Shown in pieces: positions 37,921 to 51,752 of a stretch of 64,000 nucleotides of DNA (the first letter of the stretch is position 1; every line of letters starts with the position of its first letter). The stretch covers positions 55,058,001 to 55,122,000 of the forward strand of contig CM059432.1 in NCBI GenBank assembly GCA_030390025.1, in the 5' to 3' direction. The stretch comes from Squalus acanthias. Lineage: Eukaryota. Under the pieces are notes generated by a model. The model made no database searches. It had not been told where the DNA came from and saw nothing but the letters and a program-made list of their open reading frames with translations. The position numbers and the translations under genes are program-made.

Positions 37921-38754
37921 AGGCCGGTGTGAACTGGGCGCAGGAAACGATCACGGCGCCAGAATATATAGCCTGAGTTACACCTGATAGTGGGCCTCAG
38001 GCCTCATTTACATGAAACTGGCAAGCTGCATACACGTTACGGGCATCCCCAGGCAGCTTGTCAGTGAAGAGGATTTAAATTTCGAGCCACTACGTCGCCG
38101 GCACCGGCCCTCAGGTAGGTCCTCAGAGAGGGGGGGAAGTGATTGCGAGGGAGGGTGTGATTGGGAGAGGAAGGAAGCGATCAGGAGGGAGTGGGAGAGA
38201 GGGGAAGCGATCAAGAGGGGGCCGAGCAGGGGCTGACTTTGATCTTCAGCACTACAGTGCTACATTACAACAGTGATTACACTTCAAAAGTATTTAATTG
38301 GCTGTAAAGCACTTTGGGATGTCCTGAGGTCATGAAAGGTGCTATATAAATGCAAATCTTTTTTTTTTCCAGTGGATCTGGGAGGAGCACCTCTACTCCT
38401 CCCGGCTCCACTTTTAGGTAAGTAATTTAAAAATAAACATTTTAGTGACGGCCTCCAGTCACAACTTTAAGAAAGCATATGGACCACGTTTTCCTGAATG
38501 CAGCCGGCCCAGTTGTAAAGCCCAATTTTGTAAAGGGGGGCTTCAAACAGATGTTGGGTTCCCTATTTGCTTGTGAAAAGCCTAACAACTGTTTCAGGCA
38601 TGGGCCATAGATGCCTTGTTTTCTGCCTTTACCAATATGGAGGGTTGCGCACTTCCAGCATGTAATGAGCGCACGTGCCCCACCTACCATGTTGGATGGT
38701 TAGGCGCTCGTTTTGCACTTGAAAAAGGGCAGGGCGTCATCAAATTTCTAGACC
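37921..38754. mobile_element. Probable Harbinger-type MITE (one TIR visible) containing a DeuSINE tail (38252-38369)
   Basis: Right end AAATTTCTAGACC; internal similarity to the 24398-25086 type. Confidence 0.5.
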
Positions 38755-40600
38755 AGAATATCCTACTAGAAACAGTGGTGGAAACAGAATCTACAATAAC
38801 ATTTAAAACAGATACAGATATAAAAAATAAAAACTCAAAGTGGGGAACGAGCTGATGGGAGGAATTGCTGTAAAATTCTACAATTCTTTTCTAAGTACAG
38901 AATAAGAAAAAACCTTTTGACTCATATCCACTTCTTCCACAGATTATGTACAATTTACATCATGGACTCTATCTCACTTATTTAATCTCCAGAGGAGATT
39001 TTTCCCTTATCCCTATAGCATTAGTTGACAAAAATCAGTGCAAACCAGGCCCTCTTCCCTTAATACTGCTACTCCTACCTGAAGCTGGTTGTTAATGGAC
39101 CAGTCTAGGGCCCCTTTCCCCTTGATGCACTAATGGCAGTTATCCTGGCTACCCTATACTATAGGCAGTTAATCTTCTGAGAACAGGAGTTCCCACCGAC
39201 AGTACAGTGGTCCAGATCACTGCTGTTACTGGCAGGAGCAGCATTGAGGAGGGAGGGGCCCCAGTCCAATCCATTAGCAGCTGGCCTTGGGTAGGAGCAG
39301 GGGAGAGTTTGATGGCAATTTGAAGGTGGCAATGGGTGATATTGAAGGGGGGGGGGGGAAGTGGGTGGCAATAAAGGGGGCAATGGCTGCCAATGAAGAG
39401 TGGAAATATATATGATAGGTGTACCAGTAATAAATTTTATCAAGAGTTTTAATGAAAATCTTGTTTCCTTAAGTTTATATAGCATCATATGAAAATCAAC
39501 AGCACAAGAGCCAGTATATGTCATTAAAAGCTGAAGCTGCAAAATATTCCTGATGATATGTAAAATGATAAATCAGTAAATACGCTAATAATTGAAAATT
39601 AAAGGCCGCAACAGTCTGAACCCGATGTTTGCAACTCAACACAGCATATACAAGTTATTCACAGGATTTATTGCTCGGAGCATCTGATATAAACAAAACT
39701 GTTTGTGCCAATAGAGGATGCAGTATATAATCCTGCAGCACAAAATACTGCTTTCATAGCTAGGAGTTATAATAAGGTTTCCAAGTCCCCACCCTGTCTG
39801 TAATTGTGTGTCAGCTGAAAAAACACTTAGCAAACTTAAATGAAATGCAAAATTAAGAGTTGATTCAACATTTTAGTTTTCAAGGATAGCAGAAAAATAT
39901 ATCCACAAATGAGACCTATTTTCCAGACCATTTCATTTACCTGATTTAAATTTATGGAGGCCTACCCAGTATTCCTGCTCCTCCTGGCCCCACAAAAAGT
40001 CCCCAAAATATGTTCCAAGCCATTTGTTGGAGTTGCCTCCAGGGGTCCCTTTAAGGATAGCTGCTCACCTTCTGGTAGAAATTGGCGGAGCTTGCATGCC
40101 GCATGCTCTACCCATTTTGTTTGAAAATGAAAACGTGGTCAAACAACCCTGAATTTCCCATGCAAGCAGCCTCCCCCATGTTTTGGGCGGGAGTGGTGGG
40201 TTCCATTTATAGGCTCACCTGAAAATTGCATCAGGCAGGCCTTGCATGTCAAAGAGGTGGCCACTGCCTCCCTATCATATTCAACTGCTGGACATCTAAA
40301 CGGGGCAGGAGGCAGCTGAAAATCACCCCCTATATCACAATGTCCCAGATCCTGTGACTCTGAGGTATAGTTATATATTTGGGTTCCAAATGTCTGTTGA
40401 TGATGTGGACAGGCATGAAACTGAACAATTATGAAAATTTGGATAAAACTGGTAGCAAATCAACCAGACTTACATCATTGCCAGGTAACAGACATGTTAA
40501 GCCCAGAACTCCTTCACTGACATCATCAAAGTACATTCACTTCACTCACTCATTAATTAAATAGATGTTGTGTGGGCTGTACAACGGAGTTAGAGTCATG

Positions 40601-41481
40601 GGGTGAGAAATTCGGTATCGCCCCTTTTGGGGCGCAATTATCGGCCAGGCGCAAAGTTTAGCGCCTGGCGCTAATTATCGCCTCCGACTGCAAACTTAGC
40701 TTCTATCGCCCCTGGAGGTGATTGGAGGGCTAAATCAGGCGCTACACACCTCTCTTAAGGCGCTAACGCCGAGGAGCGAGGTGCTATCTCAGAGCGCTGG
40801 CGAAGCTCATGTGATGTCAGTCAGCAATGGAACACAGACACACTGGTGCCAGCCAGTTCTTAAAGGGGAGGGTCAATCTTGCTCTCCATCCACACCCTGC
40901 TCATTGCAGCCTTGAATCTCGGCCTGGAGAAACCAGTACATCAAATCTGTTGGAAAGAACAATGGAGAGGCCCAGGGAAAGAGCTCAGAGTGCAGCCCCC
41001 ATAGTCTCTTCTAAATCGATGCAAGGAAGATCAAATCAAAAAGAACCTGGAAAGTGCTGCTCAGTACCCAAAACTCCTCAACACAGCTTTGAATATCTCC
41101 TGCAGTCTCTCTCTCTCACTCAGAATGCGTGGCAGAAAAATTTCGCCGACAAAAAAAGGCAGGAAGCGGTCGCCTTTAAATAGCGCTCCCCCAGTCCCTT
41201 CCCGACTGCAAAATGCATCCCTCAACCTGTCGTTGCTAGTGGCAGGCAGTAAGACAGGGGGCGCCACTCAATATCCGGTCCGGGGCGCTGCATGCTCGAC
41301 TGACGTCACGATCTGCGGGCGCAGGAGATCGTGGCGGTAGTGTTTAGTGCTGCCGCAAAATGTCTAGTAAATTTCGTGAGCAGCACAAACATCGCTGCGC
41401 ACGGGCGCTAGTTGCTTTGCGTCCCATTAGCGCCCTCTTAAGGCGCTAACGGAAGGCGCAAACCAACCGAATTTTTCCCCC
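40601..41481 (+). mobile_element. Second copy of the ~880-bp Harbinger A-related MITE
   Basis: TIR GGGTGAGAAATTCGGT / ACCGAATTTTTCCCCC; flanks ATG/AAA reconcile to an ATA TSD in a CR1 tail; high similarity to the reverse complement of 32775-33659. Confidence 0.93.
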
Positions 41482-42022
41482 AAAGAATAGTATAGCGCAG
41501 AAGGAGGCCATTCTTCCCATTGAGGCTGCACTGGCTCCTTCGAAGAGCAATCCAGTTAGTCCCACTCCCCCCACTCTTTCCACATATCCCTGCAATTTTT
41601 TCTCCTTCAAGTATTTATTCAATTCCCTTTGGAAGGCTACTATTGAATCTGTATCCACCACCCTATCAGACAGTGCATTCCAAATCCTAACCACTCGTTA
41701 CATAAAAAAGTTTTTCCTCATGTCGCCTCTGGTTCTTTGCCAATCTCCTTAAATCTGTGCCCTCTCGTTATCAACCCTTCAGCCGTTGGAAACAGCTTCT
41801 CTTTATTTACTCTATGTAAATCCTTCATGATTTTAAACACCTCTATCAAATCTCCTCTTAGCCTTCTCTGCTCCAAGGAGAACAACCCCAGCTTCTCTAG
41901 TCTATCCACGTAACTGTAATCCCTTATCTCTGGAACCATTCTAGTAAATCTCTTCTGTATCCTCTCCAAAGCCTTCACGTCCTTCCTAAAGTGTGGTGGC
42001 CAGAATTGGACACAATACTCCA
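41482..42022 (-). mobile_element. CR1 3' fragment
   Basis: ALERIQKRFTRM..RLEKLGLFSLEQRRLRGDLIEVFK. Confidence 0.9.
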
Positions 42023-43566
42023 GATACTTTAACTACTGATTTTAAAAAAAATAGATGATTAAAAAATACCCATATTTTGAGGCTGCAATGTGCCGTGCCT
42101 TCAAGTGCTACACAGGTCTTCATGAAGATGCCTGCCACACATGATATTCCCCATCTCAATTCTGCCATTTTGTGGTGTAAATGAGTAGAGGCAATCTTCA
42201 CACTCTTTGTGGTCACTGTCTTTAGAAAGCGTTGGCAGATGCCCTCTCAGCAGGAAGATCAAAAGACAGGAAACAGGAAAACACGCTTAGAACATCGAAA
42301 GAACTAAGTATTTGCCTGTCAGTTATCCATTTCCTTTAATAGATTGATCAAGTTCTTTTAAATGGAATTTTGAATTTCTTTTAGTGCATCATATTTTTAT
42401 CTTGTTTTGCAAGACTTAGGTCTTGGTTCATTATATGATAGAGTATCTGCTCATATACACACATTGATATCTTGCATTGTTGTCATAGGTGTGCATGTTT
42501 AGATTGCATTCACATTGACGAGGATGAATCATATCATTAGTAATGACCCAGGGGGAGAATGTAGGCACTTCTCTGCTTTATCTTCAGGTGGTGTTAAGTT
42601 TGTTAAGGGAAGGCACATCTTCATGAATGTTTTTGGTGCCTCCAAATGAAGGGGAATCACTTACAATATTGTTTTACAGAAACAGCAACTCTAAAATGCT
42701 GACTTATGGTGAGTGATAGTTTAGATTTTACTATTATTTTTTGAGGTAAAATATTTTGGGCTGTAAATTGCAAATGTGGAGAAGTGGTACTGCAATCAAG
42801 ACCTTAGTCTCTACGCTTTTAATGTTCATCTGACTGGAGGATAGGGACACAGTTTTTTGAAAGCACAGCATGTCAAAAGGTTAAAGCAACATCAATGATC
42901 ACTAGCTTTTTTGCCCAACTGCTGTGTGCAACTCCTCAAAGATATCATATGACTCATCCATTGTTTATTTTGGTTTAAGATTCTTCAGTCTTTGTAGAAA
43001 AATATACAAAATCAGTATATATTATAAAGATAGATTTTACAAATGTGCACCTGGCATAGACCATCTCGTACTATCTCGCAATACATATCAGCAGTTCGAG
43101 TGTGGAGGTCAGTGAGGCCCACAGGATTTTTCACCCATTCATTTTAATTAATATACACCAACTCTATGTCAAAATTCCCCAAATTCACTCATGGCACACA
43201 GACTACTGAACTGCAATGTTGTTTCAAAATCTTGGACAATATAGGAATTAGCATATTGTATTTTACTGTTTTTGTTCTTGGGGTCCAAATACTGAGATGT
43301 CATGAAAATGTTGGTATGGATGTTTAATGTTTAATAGTTGGTATGTTTAATAGCTGTCTGCCTATCTTATACCAGTCACCTTCTACTTTGTGCCTAAGCT
43401 CTGTTTCTGGCATTCGCAGGCCTAGTAGCTCATATAGATGAGCAATTGCCTCAGGATCTGAGTCAATTTTCTCCTCTCCCCATATCTTGTAAAGGCATTT
43501 GTTTCCACAGGCATCCTCCAGTACCTTGCCCAAGTGGCCATTATTCATGTGTGAGGCTTAATGGTA

Positions 43567-44210
43567 CAGGAAACTCTTGTTTATCCGGCACCCAAATATC
43601 CGGAATTCTCGCTTAACCGGCAAAAATCATCCTCCGAAAACTCCTCTCAAATAACCGGCAATGTTGCCGAGTCGCAGTCCGAGTCTCCGCGAACGCCGAG
43701 TACTCCGAAAACTCCTCTCAAATAACCGGCAATGTTGCCGAGTCGCAGTCCGAGTCTCCGCGAACGCCGAGTACTCCGAAAACTCCTCTCAAATAACCAG
43801 CAATGTTGCCGATCCCGAGTCCGCGAACGCCGATTTAGTCAGTAGGGGTAGTTTTCAAAAGTGCCACTACTCGGCCTCCTGGCGCTGTCGGAAGTCCGAA
43901 ACACTGCAGTAGCAGGAGTTGATTCTCCCGCGCTGCCGGGAGTCTCACTTACTGTTAAGTAATTAAAGAGTTATGGATTACTCTCAACGGGCAGTACTGT
44001 ACTTAATCAAGCATCTTCCACCATCCATTTAACACAACATTCTGTAGGTGAGTACCCAAATACTGTATACTGCACATTTCTTGATTTTTTTATTTTTCTT
44101 TGTTAAAAATAGCCTCGGTAGATATAACTCTCTGTTATCCGGAACTTTCGATCAACCGGCACCACGCCGGTCCTGTCGGTGCTGGATACCAGATACCAAA
44201 GAGTTTCCTG
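43567..44210. mobile_element. Tc1/mariner (Tigger/pogo-type) MITE with internal 71-bp tandem repeat
   Basis: TIR CAGGAAACTCTT / AAGAGTTTCCTG; TA TSD; repeat units start at 43632, 43703, 43774. Confidence 0.9.
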
Positions 44211-45492
44211 TACATGTCAGCATGGTTTTTGATCATGGGGACCCTCACACATAAGGCACAACTACTCACTAGATAAACATGCTGAATATTCAGGGTACTA
44301 ATTTTCTCACTTCGGGTGAATGAGTTCCAAGAGTTCTCAGCCAAGTTGTGACGTGGTCACAGTGGAAGGAAAAATCTGATCTCATTTAACTTACCTACTA
44401 TTAAATTATGTCTCCTGTTGGAGCAATGTAGAGCATGATTGACGATTGGCTTTGAAGAGGTTCATGGGCCAGATTGTCTCACCCTCCTAGCGTATAATTA
44501 TTTACAGTGTTGACCAGAGAGGATCACGATTCATGAAGCAAAGAAAAAATGAAATAAAAGGAGAAAATCTAAGGAAAACACTGTTACATAAAAGTTCTTG
44601 TCCTAAAATTCTTCAGTGGCATGTTGAAGCTTAAGAGAAATGTTATTTATTTACATGAAAGAAGGCATGCAGACAAGTACTCAGCTGGATAAAGGAAAAA
44701 TGTCTTCAAGATTTATTGACGAGAAATGTTTCAGATTGTCAGAAGAAAGAAACTGAAAGCAGCAGAAGCAGATGGTACTGGCGAGTGATGGAAGGCATCT
44801 CTGGAGACCTGGAGAATGTGTGACCTGGAGAATACAAACCTATTTTTGCCTCTACTGGAATTTCCTGTGCTGACCCGATGGTGACCGCCAGTACTATCTG
44901 GACTTAATTACTGAATGTCATGCACTGGCATAGTTATTTAACGAGCAGGAAAATCAGCATCCACTGAAACATGCCTCCCTTGCTGACAATGAAGAGGTTT
45001 GTAGCCCAGATTGTTCCATGCTCTCAACTAGAAAAGAATGTGATGTTGCGTGAACTGTAAAGAAATAAAAATGAGAAGTAAAATGTAATAAAAGAAAGTA
45101 AATTAGCTGGCTCCGAGGCAGCTAGTCACTATTTATGTGTAATGAAATTCATGATGATACTATCCAAAAGTCTGTATGAAAAAAGGCGTGCTAAAAGGTG
45201 ATATAAGGATATAAGCCTTCAGGATTCATTGACAATCAGAGGCAGGCATGCCAGCGATTTCCACATTCAAGCCAAACTATGGGGCTCAGCCAAAGCTCAA
45301 GACTGCTATCAGGGAACTGTTGAGATTGTGCCAGGAGGGGAGGAGAGGGAAGTAAGTATTGTGTTAAATTGCTTCCATAATTTAAACAAATGTATTGTGT
45401 AGGGGTTTAACCTTTTTAAGTATAGCCATTAAAAAAATTCTTAAGAAAAGAGAATAGATATATTTTGTGAAGTCCTTCTAGTTTTATCACAT

Positions 45493-45927
45493 AAAGAAAG
45501 ACTTGCATTTATATAGCGCCTTTCACAACCACCGGACGTCCCAAAGCGCTTTACAGTCAATGAAGTACTTTTTGAAGTGTAGCCACTGTTATAATGTAGG
45601 AAACGCAACAGCCAATTTGCGCACAGCAAGCTCCCACAAGCAGCAATGTGATAATCTTTAAGTGATGTTGGTTGAAGGATAAATATTAGCCAGGACACCG
45701 GGGATAACTCCTCCGCTCTTCAACAAAATAGTGCCATAGGATCTTTTACATCGGCCTCAGTTTAACGTCTCATCCGAAAGATGACACCTCCAACAGTGCA
45801 GCACTCCCTCAGTACTGCACTGGAGTGTCAGCTTAGATTTTTGTGCTCAAGTCTGTGGAGTGGGACTTGAACCCACAACCTTCTGACCCAGAGGCGAGGG
45901 TGCTACCAACTGAGCCACGGCTGACAC
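45493..45927 (-). mobile_element. Near full-length tRNA-derived DeuSINE (SacSINE1-like)
   Basis: A box TGGCTCAGTTGG, B box GGTTCAAGTCC, central core, L2-like tail. Confidence 0.9.
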
Positions 45928-46423
45928 ATGGCAGCTACAGGTGAATACATTAACACATTTAGGGTCGTTACAATGGTTGTGCACACATTGAGAAATACAC
46001 ACTGTGGGGGTTACAGTAATTTAATTACTGAGGTTTGGCTGGATCGGGGAGTTGGATCGTTGCCGTTTGTGGAGTACGAGGAGGGGGATTGCTAGTTACA
46101 ACAACAACAACAACTTGTATTTATATAGCGCCTTTAAAGTAGTAAAAGTCCCAAGGCGCTTCACGGGAGTATTACAAGACAAAACTTTGACACCAACAGT
46201 ACCAGAATCCAAAGTAATAAGAACGTCATTTGACTTCACTGTCACCCATAGGAGATTGTGTGGAGTTGGCATTGTGCATGTGATCTGTGGAGAGAACAGG
46301 CTTGAATTGCCTTCTGCTTACATACTTAAGGGTTAAATTTCCATGGGGTTTCTCCCAATCATCTACTTCAAATTAAGTGGACAATCAAGAAAGCCTTGTG
46401 GGAACTTAACCCCTTTGTTCTTA

Positions 46424-48930
46424 CAACAACAACGACTTGTATGTATATAGTGCCTTTAACGTCGTAAAACGTCCCAAGGTGCTTCACATAAGAACATAAG
46501 AAATAGGAGCAGGAGTAGGCCATTTGGCCCCTCGAGCCTGCTCCGCCATTCAATAAGATCATGGCTGATCTGATCTTGGCCTCAACTCCACTTTCCTGCC
46601 CGCTCCCCATAACCCTTGACTCCCCTGTAGCTCAAATATCTGTCTATCTCCACCTTGACTATATTCAATGACTCCGCCTCCACAGCTCTCTGGGGTAGAG
46701 AATTCCAAAGATTCATGGCCCTCTGAGAGAAGAAATTCCTCCTCATCTCCGTTTTAAATGGGCGACCCCTTATTCTGAAATTATATGTTTCAATAAGATC
46801 ACCTCTCATTCTTCTAAACTCCAATGAGTGTAGGCCCAACCTGCTCAACCTTTCTTCATAAGACAACCCCTTCATCTCAGGAATCAACTTGGTGAAGCTT
46901 CTCTGAACTGCCTCCAATGCAAGTATATCCCTCCTAAAATAAGGGGACCAAAACTGCACGCAGTATTCCAGATCGTCTCACAGGAGTATTATAAGACAAA
47001 AATTTGACACCGAGCCACAAAAGGAGAAATTAGGGCAGGTGACCAAAAGCTTGGTCAAAGAGGTAGGTTTTAAAGAACGTCTTAAAGGAGGAAAGAGAGG
47101 CAGAGGAGTTTAGGGAGGGAATTCCAGAGCTTAGGGCCTAGGCAACAGAAGGCACTGCCACCAATGATTGAGCGATTATAATCAAGGATGCTCAAGAGGG
47201 CAGAGTTAGAGGAGTGCAGATATCTTGGGGGGTTGTGGACTGGAGGAGATTACAGAGATAGGGAGGGGCGAGGCCATGGAGGGATTTGAAAACAAGGATG
47301 AGAATTTTGAAATTGAGGCTTTGCTTAGAGCCAATGTAGGTCAGTGAGCACAGGGGTGATGGGTGAACAGGACTTGGTGCGAGTTAGGACATGGGCAGCC
47401 GAGTTTTGGATGACCTCAAGTTTACGTAGGGTAGAATGTGGGAGGCCAGCCAGGAGTGCGTTAGAATAATCAAGTCTAGAGGTAACAAAGGCATGGATGA
47501 GGGTTTCAGCAGCGGATGAGCTGAGGCAAGGGCGGAGACGGGCGATGTTACGGAGGTGGAAATAGGCGGTCTTAGTTATGCTGCGGATATGTGGTCGGAA
47601 GCTCATTTCAGGGTCAAATATGACACCAATGTTGCGAACAGTGTGGTTCAGCCTCAGACAGATGTTAGGGAGAGGGATGGAGTCAGTGGCTAAGGAACCG
47701 AAAACAATGACTTTGGTCTTCCCAATATTTAATTGGAGGAAATTTCTGCTCATCCACTACTGGATGTTGGACAAGCTGTCTGACAATTTAGAAACTGTGG
47801 AGGGATCGAGAGAATGGTGGTGATGTAGAGCTGGGTGTCGTCAGCGTACATATGGAAACTGACGTTGTGTTTTCGGATGATGTCGCCAAGGGGCAGCATA
47901 TAGATGAGAAATAGAAGGGGTCCAAGGATAGATCCTTGGGGGATACCAGAGGTAACGATGCGGGAGCGGGAAGAGAAGCTGTTGCAGGTGATTCTCTGGC
48001 TAGCATTAGATAGATAAGAATGGAACCAGGCGAATGCAGTCCCACCCAGCTGGATGATGGTGGAGAAGGACAAGGTGGGATAGTTTACCTTTGTCACAGT
48101 CACAGGTACTGTGGCAGGGGCGGAAACCTGATTGGAGGAATTCAAACATGGAGTTGCGGGAAAGATGGGCACAGATTTGGGAGGTGACAACACATTCAAG
48201 GACTTTGGAGAGGAAAGGGAGGTTGGAGATGGTGCGGTAGTTTGCAAGGACGGATAGGTCAAGGATTGTTTTTTTGAGGAGAGGGGTGATGACGGCAGAT
48301 TTGAGGAAGAGGGGGACAGTACCTGAGGAGAGAGAACCGTTAACAATATCAGCTACATGGGAGCCAGAAAAGGAAGTTGCGTGGTCAGCAGTTTGGTGGG
48401 AATAGGGTCGAGGAAGCAGGAAGTGGTTCTCATGGACAAGAGGAGCTCAGAGAGGTCATGAGCGGAGATCGGAGAGAAACTGGAGAAAGATGTGAGTTCA
48501 GGGCTAGGGCAGGAGGGAACCTTAGAGGAAGTTTGGCCCAGTGGGCTAGGGGAAGGAAGAGAAGTGGCAGAGGCAGCTGAACGGATGATCTCAATCTTAT
48601 AGACAAAGAAGTCCATGAGCTCCTCACACTTATTGTCGGAGGTGAGTGTGGAGGAGACAGGGGAGAAGGGTTTAAGAAGACAGCTAGCAGTAGAGAATAG
48701 AAGCCGGGGGTTATCTTTACATTCCAGAATGATCCTGGAATAGTGAGCAGTTTTGGCAGACGAGAGCAGGATCCGATAATGCTTTATGCAGTCCAGCCAG
48801 ATCTAGCGGTGAATGGTTAAACCAGTTGTCTGCCATATCCGTTCAAGTCTGCGTCCCTTGGACTTAAGGGAGTGAAGATGAGGGCCGTACAAGGCGGAAC
48901 AGCCAGGGTGAGAGAGAGTAATTGTTTTAA
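46424..48930 (-). mobile_element. L2 LINE 3' half (RT pseudogene) with a CR1 3' fragment nested at ~46489-46975
   Basis: LDPIPTKLL, QGSILGPLLF, YADDTQLY, SRLDYSNALL; (GTT)n tail; CR1 insert flanked by TCACA repeats. Confidence 0.92.
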
Positions 48931-49184
48931 TATGGACTCGGGCATGAAAGGTGGTGGTGAGGGTGTGGTTGAGCAGATCAGTCTCATCCCTACCATCTCA
49001 TCTCTTGACGATAAATATGATCAAAACTTCTTGATTCCAATTGTCATATTTTAAATTCTAATAAAATGTACAAGAGATTCAGAGAGAAGAGAAACAGTTG
49101 AATGTTTGTTTCTTATTTTACTATGGGTTAAATTCAGTCAATTAAGACCCGCTGCAAAGTGGTTAATGTGTTCAGTATATCATA

Positions 49185-50070
49185 TTCGCAATTCGCAACT
49201 CCACAGATAATGAAGCAGTCCGTGCCTGCATGCAGCAAGGCCTGGATGACATTCAGGCTTGGGCTGATAAGTGGCAGGTAACATTCACGCCACACAAGTG
49301 CCAGGCAATGACTATCTTCAACAAGCGAGCTTCTAACCACTGCCCCTTGACATTCAATGGCATTACCATTGCCGAATCCCCCACCATCAATATCTTGGGG
49401 GTCATCATTGACCAGAAACTTAATGGGACCAGCCACATAAATACTGTGGCCACAAGAGCAGGTCAGAGGCTGGGTATTCTGCGGCGAGTGTCTCACCTCC
49501 TGACTCCCCAAAGCCTTTCCACCATCTACAAGGCACAAGTCAGGAGTGTGATGGAATACTCTTCACTTGCCTGGATGAGTGCAGCTCCAACAACACTCAA
49601 GAAGCTCGACACCATCCAGGACAAAGCAGTCTGCTTGATTGGTACCCCATCCACCACCTTAAACATTCACTCCCTCCACCACTGGCGTACCATGGCTGCA
49701 GTGTGTACCATCTACAAGATGCACTGCAGCAACTCGCCAAGGCTTCTTCAGCAGCACCTCCCAAACCCACGACCTCTACCACCTGGAAGGACAAGGGCAG
49801 CAGGCGCATGAGAACGCCACCACCTCCAAGTTCCCCTCCAAGTCACACACCATCCTGACTTGGAAGTATATCGCCGTTCCTTCATCGTCGCTGGGTCAAA
49901 ATCCTGGAACTCCCTCCCTAACAGCACTGTGAGAGTACCTTCACCCCACGGACTGCAGCGGTTCATGAAGGCGGCTCACCACCACCTTCTCAAGGGCAAT
50001 TAGGGATGGGCAATAAATGCTGGCCTTGCCAGCGATGCCCACATCCCATGAACGAATAAGAAAAAAAAAA
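49185..50070 (+). mobile_element. 5'-truncated CR1-group LINE (family of 3597-7665)
   Basis: High similarity to 6795-7660; A-rich tail. Confidence 0.93.
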
Positions 50071-51075
50071 TTCCATGGAAGTGAAATGATCTGGAGCTTG
50101 GTAACTTTTGTCTGATTGTGCAATGCTATACAAGTACTATTTTTATTCAAGTCAGAGTTTCATCAGTACCTTATTACCAATTGCTTATATATCTCATGAG
50201 CTGACACTAGTGATTTTAGTTCTTCATCCCACCTCTGGTTCCCTTTGTTAGATCTAGACAATCTGAGGCTGATTTTCATGTACTGGTATAAGTCAGTTCT
50301 AAACGGTTAAGAACTAGTGCAAATCTCACCAGAATGACAATGAGGTAATAGCACTCAATTTTACAGGGTCTCCCATTAGCACCACCCAGAAAAGCCTTCC
50401 TGAGTATGTATGGCAGGGTTTGCTTTTGTAATTGATTAATTTAATTGAATAGCAGTAATGGAGTATTTTTTGATTATTTTAACAGTTTACACGCGATCTT
50501 ACTATGTTGAAATGCATGAATGAAAAAGCTGCTGGAAGAGTTCAGCTACTTCAAAATAATTCCTATGCATTTTAGCAGGCAAAATAAAAGAACAATAAAC
50601 GTTGATCTATGATTGCAATTTAATGAATTAATTAATCAAATGCAATGGCAGACAATGCAATGCATAATAAGGTGTGAACTTTGGCAGTTTAAATATTTTG
50701 GGAGCCGAGCAAAAAAAAGGACACACAGTAAGAAGCCAAGTGGTGGGGGTGAATTTCCACGGAAGTTCTGCTCATCTACCATAACTTCAACGGGAGAACT
50801 GCGGAAACCCAGGAAAATGGTGTAAATGTCATTCCACGGCTCTTCTTTCGCAGTTACAATGGATCGAGTGGGAGAACCCCCACAGCAATCACCACGGCAT
50901 GTTTATTGCTGCCTTTTGCGTTTTATTATACTTGAATTTAAAGTGCTCAATTATGCAAAAAATTAAAGTAAATTTGTGACAGGATCCCCACTGTAGCCAA
51001 TTTTGGACTTGGCAAAAGAGGTAACCTTGCTGCTCACTATTCTTCCATTTAGATCTTTACCACCATCTAGTTCTC

Positions 51076-51752
51076 AGTTCCACTTTTAGCGCCCTGAAAA
51101 AGTTAGTGCCCCCGCGCCCAAAATTGAATGGTCGTGCCCCAAGCAGGAGGCGGGCTGCTACTGGAAGCGCTCCCCCTCCCTCTTGGGGCGCTCCCATTGA
51201 ATATCGCGGTGCTACATGCAGCAGCCCAACGCGCGTCGGCACGTAGCGCCACGGTACTCCAGGCCTCCCTCCCCTGATTAAAAGGGAGGGGCCTAGTGCA
51301 GCGCACACCGGGGCCCAGCTGGACCACTGCGGAGTGGGGTGCCGGCAAAAGAGCCCGGCACTCAAGAGGAGTGCCCGGCTGACCGATCGCGGCCGGCACC
51401 CCGCAGGAGGAGGCCAGAGGGGGCAGGTGCTGGCAGGCGGCCCAATGAAAATGGCCGTCCAGCACCTGCCCTTTAATTTGCGCCACCACAGCCACAAACA
51501 CAGCACCCTGACCCTGTCAGACATATCGTCTGGCGGTAGGTCAGGGGGCGCAAGCCAAGTTTGCAGCCGGGGCGCGAGCAGGGCGCTGTGCATGGCGATG
51601 ACGTCATCGCCGGAGGCGCAGCGCCACGGGGCACTACCGGCTGCCGCAGTCGCTAAACTCCCACTAAATTTCGTGGGAGGCATTAGCGGCGCCCGCCTGA
51701 GCGCTAGGTACTTTGCGCTAACGGGAGGCACAAAGCAACCGAATTTTTCCCC
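51076..51752. mobile_element. Harbinger A-like GC-rich MITE, left end missing
   Basis: Right TIR ACCGAATTTTTCCCC; GGCGCTAA-type subterminal motifs; homologous to 59737-60066. Confidence 0.8.

Noticed and set aside
40962..41183. 73-aa chimeric ORF open in both MITE copies
   Set aside because: Copies are closely related and the differences include many amino-acid changes; no evidence of coding constraint
45855..45927. tRNA gene (also 3605-3685)
   Set aside because: A/B boxes belong to SINE heads; no complete cloverleaf evident
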